Shown here one piece after another: positions 9,501-18,800 of a stretch of 24,142 nt of DNA. Position 1 is the first letter of the stretch; the number at the start of each line of letters is the position of its first letter. This stretch comes from a virus (Duplodnaviria; Caudoviricetes). The DNA lies in the IMG/VR virus record IMGVR_UViG_3300017764_000105, positions 1-24,142 of that record, one strand, 5' to 3'. Below the pieces are notes generated by a model that did not search any database, was not told where the DNA came from, and worked only from the letters and a program-made list of their open reading frames with translations. The position numbers were made by a program, and so were the translations under genes.

Positions 9501-9814
9501 CTAGGATTAGCTGGTGGTGCTGGGGGTGTAGGTGTAGTTTTTCCTGGAGAAGTACCTGGTATATGAACAGGATCTCCTGTTGGAGGGTTGACTGGATCTC
9601 CTGTTGTATTAACAATTACATCAGGGAAGCAATCTATAGAAGATGTTTGATATATTGTTGTATTTGTAGGTGTAGTAGGAGTAGGAGGGATTACACCTGT
9701 GTATTCCCAATAATTTTTACCAAAATCCCAACTCCACCCCGCAGGAGGTGTTGATTCTCTATTAGTTTGGCTTCCCCAACTATTATTCCATACGTTTTGT
9801 GGTACCTGTGCCAT
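6584..9814 (-). CDS. Putative virion structural protein (1076 aa) with N-terminal Trp-rich module, Pro/Thr linker and highly basic C-terminus
   Basis: Long ORF in the structural cluster; Gly/Asn/Tyr-rich. Shares a Trp-rich module with the 867 aa protein. No enzymatic motif recognised. Confidence 0.65.
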   Translation of the reverse strand: MAQVPQNVWNNSWGSQTNRESTPPAGWSWDFGKNYWEYTGVIPPTPTTPTNTTIYQTSSIDCFPDVIVNTTGDPVNPPTGDPVHIPGTSPGKTTPTPPAPPANPSVQPVPTFGKFYNVCFNDGLLNQKGWTRARWEGSKLRSLYYNEYTDEMDEGKEIGPIQNPNLDTSIDGLQFILTSSFNVTLNNTYKVGNPFEKRIDNGIATTLFGITQRSCQWQSEFKDYAGREQYPPKSCGPGGATTAAGTDQTYQKANKSLPYPPFGPKIYDVPLVPTSFYKINSYTQEPEKIERKQSTFDLIPTHIKLNPIDPKGLNGGPFFLGIDPGQNEQVTGNNRLSSEYQIRYEEREYVHQGPFSYVDIDGTPVNGVAQLNIDSTWGYNQTFVSRSAIIPERESDGDLTYGKTPVIENYSNAVFFGNTVYGYQQSDVFPGPGPDFSYLKLEKAYIFNSTDDSFFVQEIKSEGEDRTFQNLMQSTFPWSTDFRMKLLDYDQENNLRSSYGVHWNRGYFSEIASYTTESAHHTSSGHYPGTGRNFELNGGSYLSSTGHGHVGTSNPALFPHGSSEKINEGAQFRKAPVDANDGGYYYLASDIGGGEGGFFSGGFKRAGMDFGRNELDFPKHQEKGIEGSWNSGPGVSNFFGLDPLPGGMRYYTFKFLPVHRPVGGMSADSSNTKMLGRVLSGTFEINDKNPSADWWFGKGGEKNIKWVSESCAGDVTSSMKIFMDECHKQDDLYILTLNEAKFVDKSFNQSFHREDHPYLERRDGNVPGYPGTPSLNYADATSGDPSNVGSYSYYLNYVRPLVTFGSMMYSNTPEKVGVRNAHNLLAGMGDAAEIGMGWYDYSEPAVSWSLANPINPDTGNPWTKQDTNRPDYQGIMSGYGPIGGLYAGGINAPRFMNGSPFVEVGDTSGIQFINDGNGGQNDPNGTGGTNGSWVYNSAAVWTAYMYGNNYRHFYTGTKYIDFRERKGWPGLNKWTISKSEEKPNFILTDINKGVDLPQGVGQKGFILIPDTLNPRIKANLDYYLSKAGLIEKEKAPKYKDRSIKKGTYLPPRVKLKKRKRRGWFYKLKRRIKGKDY
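9570..9606. repeat. Short direct repeat GGATCTCCTGTTG x2 (24-nt period), encoding TGDPV twice in a Pro/Thr linker
   Basis: ggatctcctgttg at 9570-9582 and 9594-9606; protein TTGDPVNPPTGDPVH. Confidence 0.6.
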
Positions 9815-9822
9815 TTATTATT

Positions 9823-9839
9823 GTTTTATATACATATAT
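9823..9839 (-). promoter_or_regulatory. Variant candidate late promoter ATATATGTATATAAAAC
   Basis: Intergenic, 8 nt upstream of the ATG at 9814. Matches the 17-mer at 13 of 17 positions, with core TATGTATA instead of TATTTATA. Confidence 0.45.
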
Positions 9840-9846
9840 ATTTTTA

Positions 9847-12800
9847 TTAACTACTATAACTACTTCCTCCACTTCCCCCACTAGTTGTTGTTGTTGATGA
9901 TTTTTGAACGCTAACAGTTTGAGTACCTTTTATTGATACACCAAGTCCTGATCCTTTTGAGGGATTAACTGGATTTATTCCTACCGTAGGATTTATACCT
10001 GGGTTTGTAGGATCATTACCAAAATTAAATTGTGGTGGTTTAGATACATAATAGTATTCTTTACTAACTATACAATCTACATAATTACCATATAATGGAT
10101 CAAAATTGTCATATAAAGTAATATAAGGATTACATTCATCTGAAGCATATTTGCTTTGACTCATGTATAAATTATCACTTGCTGTTAGAGCTCCCATCCA
10201 AGGGAAATAATTTTCATTTACTTTATCTGATATATTAATACATGCTTCGTAGTGTTTAACTTCTCCTTCTAAATCTAAATAAGGTAAAAGATGAGCTTCT
10301 TTTTCTAATCTTTCAAATGTTGGTATTTGTCTTGCAAATTTTTGTCTTTCTAAATAATGTGGTTCAATTAATAAACCAGTTTTTAAATTAGCTTTTGCTG
10401 GAACAAATTGTTCTACCATTTTAAATAAAGTATGATCTATATATTGAATTAATTTTATATAATCAAAGAAATTTTGTCTATAGCTGTTTAAATATTTTTT
10501 AAAGTATTTTAATTTTAATTCTTCTAAATCTGGATATTCTGCTAAACTTTGGTGTGTTGGATCTCCTATATAATCATCCATTCTAAATGCTCCTAAAGTA
10601 TAAACAATATCTTCATTTATTTCTGCTTGTGGTGAGAAAAATACTCCTAAATCATTATAATCTAAAGGTTGTCTGTCTAATGTAGATGTTTCTGTTTTTA
10701 TATCAAAAGATAATATACTTCTATCTATAGATCCCGAATCTATTCTGACTTTTTCACTTGTAGTAGAAATACCTACAGTGTCTGGTGTTAAATGTCTATG
10801 AGTTTCATATACTTCATTAAATGATTGACTTGTAATAGAACTAGATATACTTGAAGATTCATATAAACTAAATAATGGATGTGGATTGAAATTTTGAATT
10901 ATTCCTAACCCATTATTATTATAAGAAGCAGAATCTACTTTATTATTACTTCCTAAAGGTAATCTTAAATGAACATTTTCCCAAGATGAACTAACAGTAT
11001 TACCTGCATATTGGAAAGGATCTAAAGCATGTTTAGTAAGAGTATCATGTGTTAAGAAATCTTTAACATGGTATTTAATTTCTTGTAAAGATCCTGAATA
11101 TGTAAAACTATTTACACTACCACTTGTATTACTATTAGTAGGAACCCCACAAAAATATGCTGTTGATGCTGGAAGTGTATTATTAGCTAAATTATAAGCG
11201 GTATCTCCAAAAGATGCTGCTCTTTCATATTCACTAAAAGTAGCTGAAGCTGTTAGATGGGTAACATGACCTAAGAAATTAGATTGATACGCTCCAAAAT
11301 ATACTTCACTATTACTTCCTGATTCTCCTTTTGTTCCTATAAATATATTCCAAAAGGCTCCATTATAAACAGGGAATATATCTGTACTTCCTACTACTGA
11401 TCCATTTTTATATAAATCTAATGAACCAAAGTTTCTAAAATCATCCGAAGAAGAAACATCACTACCTGTGTATGGTCTTAATATTAAGTGAGGAGTTGTT
11501 TGTGGTTGTGATTCATTATATAAACTAAATAAATGTGAAGCTGTTGGTATTGTTATAACAGGATCACAACATGCTTCTAAAGATGAATATTCTGGTTTGT
11601 CTAATCTGTGGGGTTTAATTCTAAATTCTACCATTTTAGCAGAACTTGAAGGAATTATATCGAAAGTACTAGCAGAAACAAAATTAATAATTGTTTCATA
11701 AGTATCTGCTGAACATTCACATCTACTACTAGATACTTCTCCTGCTACTAAACATCCTACTTCTATAGACGATGATTCAGGACAACAAATGCATGATTCA
11801 AATTCTATGTCTCCATCTAATGATTCTCCTCCCGTTGTTTCAGGAATACAAACACAAGCTCCTCCGTCTATTTGTCCATATAATGGTATATTTCCTGCTG
11901 TACTTTGTGTTTCTTCCGTTACTATAGGATCTCCAGGTATATCTTCACAATTAGCTGCTTGGTAATTAACTATAATATTAGCGCTATAAGTTATTTCTAA
12001 AGTAGAATTAAAATAATTTAATATATCTGTTATGTCATCTTGATAAGTAAATATATCTACTTGTTGTTGTGTTGATCCTGTTGTTGTTTCATTACAAGGA
12101 CAAGTTTCTACTTTTGTTTCAATTGAATATCTAACTATTGTTCCCTCATATCTTGGATGGTTACTTTCTAAAGTATTAATTGTATTTAATACTTGGGCTA
12201 AAGTCATTGTATTATCAAACTGATTTGCATCGCCTTCAGCATTACAAGCTGCATTTAAATGACCTAGGAAACCATCCCAATCTTGAGCTGTTGGTGATGC
12301 TTGATTAGGAGTTCCATTTTGGGGTTGAGTCATTATAGTTCCAAAATACCCATTTTGAGCAAACTGGGTTGTTCCTGTGTCTAAAAAAGATTGACAAACT
12401 AATTGGAATTCTTTAATATATCTTTGTGCATTTGTAGCACATGAATGTCCTGCAATAGGTGATGTTGTATCTTCAAAGAAATAATTTGCTGCTGTCTGAC
12501 TAGGAGCATTATCAATTAACCATTGAGTATGAGAAGCAACTGTTCCTGCAGGAGAGGTAGTAGATTCAAATATTTCATAAAACATTGATTGTGTTTCATT
12601 TGTATTGCCTGTTATATTTGACCACGTTCCTGAATTACAAGGTTCAGTATAATTTTGAACTGTTGTACCTGGGATAGTTGTGAAACTTAAACTATTTAAA
12701 GTATCAATAAATGTATGCCAATTAGTATAAGTACCTCCTGCACTTGAGAAGGTTAAAGAAGGTAATGATGTGAAAGTAAAATCAGTTACAAAACAATATA

Positions 12801-15800
12801 CTCCTCCTCCTGCTGGTAAATTTTCACCTGTACAATTATTATAAGGTGCTAATGTTTCATCTAAAGTATCATTTGTAAAATAATATCCATTTAAGTTTTG
12901 TCCATGTCCATTATCTATTAACCAATTTAATTGTTGTGTTGCGTTTCCTATTACATTTGATCCAGCAGCACTATTATTAAATATTTGAGATTGTGCGTCA
13001 AATATATTAATAGGTGTACCAGGAGTTGTTGTGGTTATTACTCCAGGTGTGCTTAATGTTGCTACTGAGCTTGATAATTGATTCCATGTAGTATATGTAC
13101 TTATGCTAGCTCCATTATTATTTAAAAAATCAATACCTGTTAATCCATCTTCTTGGATTTTTTGATTTAAAAAAGTACTCCAACTTCCATAAAAAGTAGA
13201 ATCGGATGAATATTGATTAGTTGTTGATGAAGGATCTATTAAAGCATTTTGATAAAATCCTTCAACTGTATATAAACCATATTGGTTTATTTCTGTTGAA
13301 GTAGAACCTGTACATAATATATTTACTTCTACTTCTGTTATTGTTTCTGTTATGCATAAATCTGAAGTAGATACAAATTCATCAAGATCTACAGCTAATT
13401 GTGTTGAAGACATATTTGGGAAAGATACATTAATTCCCCAACCATATTTATCTAATTCCCCAAATCCTTGATCAAAATAAGGGTTTGTAGTTTTTAATGC
13501 GTTGTAAGTAACTGTCCCACCCCATGGAGCTACAAGTCCTGCATAAATACCACCATTAAGTGTATCTACAGTTCCAGGAACACCAAAACTCATAATTGTA
13601 GATGGGGGATTAGCTAATCTTCCATCATTATTATCTCCACTAGTTATTGATGCTAGTGCTGATAATATTGTTTGTGAATATAAAGAAGTAAAATTCTTAG
13701 GGGCACTTTCATTAGGAGTTGGATACATGAAACATGCTACATTTCCTGTTGTATAATTGTTGTAAAGAGTTGTATATTCAGTCCAATCATCTTGGAAAGA
13801 ATCAAAACTTGTACTTTTAGGTTCATCATCACCAAATAGAGGATCCAAATAATCAATAGTATTAACATTAGGATTAGTAGTTAAATTTCCTATAGGTCCC
13901 TCTGTCCAATCATTAACATATCTATTATCAGATTCATCTATAAAACAAATAGCTAAAACGTCTCCTGTTGGAGGTCCTAATGTTGATAAAGTATTAGAAG
14001 ATGCCCATGTACCACTATATACATTTACAGTTGGATCTGCCTCCATTAAAGCTAATGTTGGTTCGATTTTATAATGGGCATTACTAAGATTTCCACCACC
14101 ATTATAATACTTAGTAGTATCTCCAAAACCTTCTAACATTCCAGTTCCCCATTTTAACCATCTTTCTCTTGTTGCAAATATATGATAAACAGTTTTATTA
14201 TATCCTTGGTTTTGTTGTAAATCTAAAACCCAATCATTTACAGCATTAAATGCTGTTACTTTAGCAGCATTCCCCATTGAAGTATTATCATAAAACACAT
14301 ATAAATCTGCATTAACAGAACAGTCTTCTTCTTCCGTTGTTATTTCTTGGAATGATTGATCTACTAATTGAAATTTTAAAGTATTTAAATTTGATGCTGC
14401 AAAACCATTTGCAGAATCAGAAATAAATTGCATGTATTCATTATAATTTGAAAATACTCCTTGTGGTTGAGGGATGGTAAATTCACCTGTAGTTGAATCA
14501 GGAAAATATTGAATTCCCGTAGTTGTTGATATTAAAGGATCTGTAAAGTTTAAAATTCCATTAGTTACTTCTACTATTATAGAATTAGAAGTATAATCTA
14601 TTGAAGTTACAGTTAAAGTACACCCAGAATTATTTGATTGTATAAGAGAATCTCCTACAATAAAAGGTTCATTACCTTGGTCAAAACTAGATCCAGTTAT
14701 AGATATAATTGTATTATTATTAAGTACTAAATTATTAGGACAAACATCTGCACATATACATTCATCTACTGCTATAGGACCTTCTATTTGAGATTCTAAT
14801 CTTGTATCTCCTAAAGTTAAAGCATATCCTAAATTTTGACCTTCTGTTATATAATCTGTGTATTTTGAAAAAGAAGTTGAACTAATTGAAGGATTCATAA
14901 AAAACTCATCAACAGTAAATAACATGTTTCCATTTTCATCTAAACATATATTTGGATCAGTATATTGTGTTACTGAATAATCTGCACATAAAGTTTCACT
15001 TAAAACTTTTCCTAAAGCATTTTCAAATTCAATACCAGTAAATGCATTTTCTTGGACTGCTTCAGAAGTTACAACCCACCCATAATTTTGTAAACCACCA
15101 TACCCATATTGTGGATCATATCCTGTAGGAGGTGAGAAACTTGTTTCATTTTGCCAACTTGAAATAGCATAAGGGTTTGTGTTAGACCCACCACTACTAT
15201 CTAATGCATTAAGATATATAGCATTATTAGCAGGTGGAGTAGTTGATAAGTACTCATGGCCTGTTTCTAACATACCTGGGTTAGCTGCACTACCCGTTAG
15301 TATAGAACTCCATACATGTAAAGGAAAAGCTAATTGTGTAGTTTGAAAAACAGTTGTGCCATCTACTCCTAAATATCTATTAGATGAGGGATCTGAAAGG
15401 CTTAAACCTTCAGGAGCAGAAGGATACATAAAATTAATTAAATCTCCTTGATTTTCATATTCATTTGCTGTTCTGTCTATGTTTTCAAAATAGGTTTTAA
15501 TAAATAATTCATAATCTACTCTCCAATCTTTTTGACCTTGACTAGTACCATCTTGTATTTTAGCTTGTGTTAAACCTACATTACCAAATGTTGGATTTGT
15601 TGAAGTAGATGATTGGTGGTATTGTCTTTTTCCACTATTAGATGTTTCTGAAGATTCATCATAAAAATTAAATACTAAAGCTTTATCTGTTGCATTTTGT
15701 AATGATGGGGCAGGTCCTCTCCAAGTCCATGATGTTCCCCCAAATGATCCTGCTGAGTTAGGTACTTCATCATCATACATTCCATTACCATCATTAATAA

Positions 15801-18800
15801 CTGATTTTACAGGAACTACTTGTCCCTGAATTACTATTGTTCCAGTTTCAACAAATTGATATATTTCTTTAGATCTAGTATTACCTGTTCCATTTTTGAC
15901 AAGTTTATGCCATATATGACTCCCCCCAAAGGCTTTTTCACCTCCTGTAATGTTACTTTGATTAGAATTCCAATAACCTGATACACCTGCTTGTTTTGAT
16001 ATATTATCATTATCACTATGAATAGTAGTAATAGAACCAAAACCACCATTTTGTAAGTGATCTCCAATATTTGTAAAAGGTAATCTAGCACAATCTAACC
16101 ATCTTTCATAAGAATTAACCATATGATAAACAGTACCTGTAAAATTAGCTCCTTGTTCTGCTACCCAATTTTCCACAGTTTCTACTACATTTTGGAATAC
16201 TGTTGCTGTCATTGAAGTACCATCATAAAAACAGTATATTGTTGCATCTAAAGGGCAAGTTTCTTGGAATGTTTGGGTTAAACTATCTGGGTCAACAGGA
16301 AATTTAAATCCATCTACTGCTATATTTTGTATATTATTTGTTTGTTCAGAATAATATTCTAAGAAATCAACCATACCTGTATTTCCGGATCCAGGAGTAG
16401 GAAAACTACCATCAGATGTTAATGGATTTGTTATTAAAGTTTTATGTTGGCAAGATCCTTCAAAAGATCCTGTAATTAATGCTGCTGTTAAATTTGAAAA
16501 ATTAGTAGGAGGTGTTTCAATACCATGCCCATCTACATTTAATTGATTTACAAATGTTTGATAATTAGTATATAAAACAGTGTCTAAAGGTAATATAGAT
16601 TGGTCTTTTCTAAAACCAACAACTCTTCTAATAGGTAAACCATTAGATCCTATACATTGATCTTCTACAAAAGTTCCCCAAGGTAAAGGTTCGTCTGATT
16701 CAAAATAGTAATCATCTATATTTTGACCATAAAAACCATTATCAAAATCAGTAAAATAATCTACAAAATCTGCTGATGTTTCAAATGATCCATTTCCTTC
16801 TGGATTAATAACCATTCCATCACAAGAGCCTGTTGTAGTTGTTATTTCTGTTTTTTCACAAAGTCCAGTACACTCATTAAATAAATAACCTTCTGGACAT
16901 TCATTTGTTTGTGTATTAAATTCTCCTCCCCCACATGTTGTGCTTGTAATAGAATTAATAGTAATTGTTACGTCAGCTTGGTCAAATTGTTCTGTTCCTA
17001 GAGTGCTATAAAAATGCACTCCTCCTTGATCTACTACACCTGGTGTATGTAAGTCAGTTGCTGTAAAAGTAACATTAAATGTATCATTGTTGCAATTAGT
17101 TCCTCCATTAAACATCTCCTCAATATAACAGCTACCTAGAGTAGTAGTAGTTCCTCCCCAATTGTTATTTGGATTTCTATCAAAAAGTAAAAGTCCTTTA
17201 CTAGAATTTGAACCATCATTACTAATTGTATAATTTATAGTATATTCACATCCAATAACTAAATTATGAAAAGAATTTATCCATCTTCTCCAATTAGGAT
17301 AAGCAGGATCGTTAGTGTTTGTACTAGTTGGATAATTATTTTTAATGGTCATTTGGTTTGGACCATCTACTTGCCAATAATCTGTGTCTCCACTACCTAT
17401 AGTAAAATCAACATAAGGTGTAAGTTGATTAGGACCTGGATCACTAGTAAATATGATATTGTTTTTATAAGCGTCTTCTAAATCAGTGTATGTTATGCCA
17501 TTTAATGTAATACCATTATTATCTATGTTTTGAAAATCAGCATCTGAATTAAAAGTACCTATTGGGAAAGGTCCTACTATATCACATCCAAAGGATGCTA
17601 CATTTTCATCATTTTTTCCTTCTAAAACTATTGTGTTATCTCCTGCTATTAAATTTACTTTATAAACCCACCAATAATTAAAATTACTAGTTGAACTTGT
17701 ATCTTTTTCAATTAACATTTCACCATTTACAGCAAATCTTATTCTATTATCTCCTGCTAGACCTATTAAATATTCTCCATCAGCAGGTACATTTATACAT
17801 TTTGAAAATCCTATCCATTGGTTTGTAGGATTCATTAAAGTGTTATTTCCTAACCATGGATTAGTTCCATCCCAAACTCCTATATTATTTAACCTTCCAT
17901 CATTTTGACTAGTACCCCCAAAATAAGTGTTTGACTGATCAATATTATATGTAGTAGTTGTTGTAGTATCTGAATAAAATTTTACTCCAAACTTTCCATA
18001 ATTAGAATTTTGTGCTCCTTGTCCTAAAGGTATACTAGAATTAACTGTTGGTAATTGAGTTAAAACATTTGATGTAGTAATAGTACCTGTTGTAAATTCA
18101 TTACACCCACAAGATGAAGATGCAGGAAAATGAGTTATAATATCTGATGCTTTTAATTCAGACCATTTTGTATCTACATTTATTCCTGGTATGTTTGAAT
18201 TTATTATACCATCAGCATTTAACGCGTTAATAAACGTGGTATAATTGGTATAACACGCGTCACTTGTGCTTGACACATCACTACAATTAGAACTACAATA
18301 ATTTAAAATTTCGCTTGGATCTAAATAACCTTGTTTATTTGATGCCTGAATAGTTGTACTAGTTACAAAAATTTGGTTATTAGGATGTGAAAAAACATAA
18401 TCACTATTAGTAGGACCATAGTTGTAGGCATTACCATCGGAAGTTACGTAAGCACTTCCATCATAAATGTGTGTGCCTGCTGCATAAGGAATTGCTTGGG
18501 CTAAATAATTATCATAAGTAGAATCTCCAGTAGATCCTTGAACTATATAATCTGTAAATTGTGTAGTAGTAACACTAAAAGATAAATTAGCACCATCTAC
18601 ATAGAAGTCTAAAACTGCACTACAAGAATTATTAGATGTTGTTACTATTTCTCCTCCTGTTGAGTCTGTACCCCCTATAAGCCCACTTGCTGTTATAGAC
18701 ATAAATGCGGCATCTCCCCCCATATTAAGGGCAGAACCTTGTATAGGATTGTTAGTATTAGATCCTGTTACTACTGTTGTTATTTCTAATGCATATCCAT

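Noticed and set aside
6959-9754. Plus-strand ORFs 6959-7162, 8185-8370 and 9494-9754 (the last Cys/Arg/Trp-rich)
   Set aside because: Antisense to the 1076 aa gene. The odd composition reflects reverse reading of Pro/Thr/Gly codons.
9850-10020. NPGINPTVGINPVNP and Ser/Gly/Thr-rich tail of the 3991 aa protein
   Set aside because: Short low-complexity terminal extension with no supportable function.
15834-16091. 85 aa minus-strand ORF in an alternative frame
   Set aside because: Nested out of frame inside the VWA1-like domain, whose main frame is supported by paralogy with VWA2.
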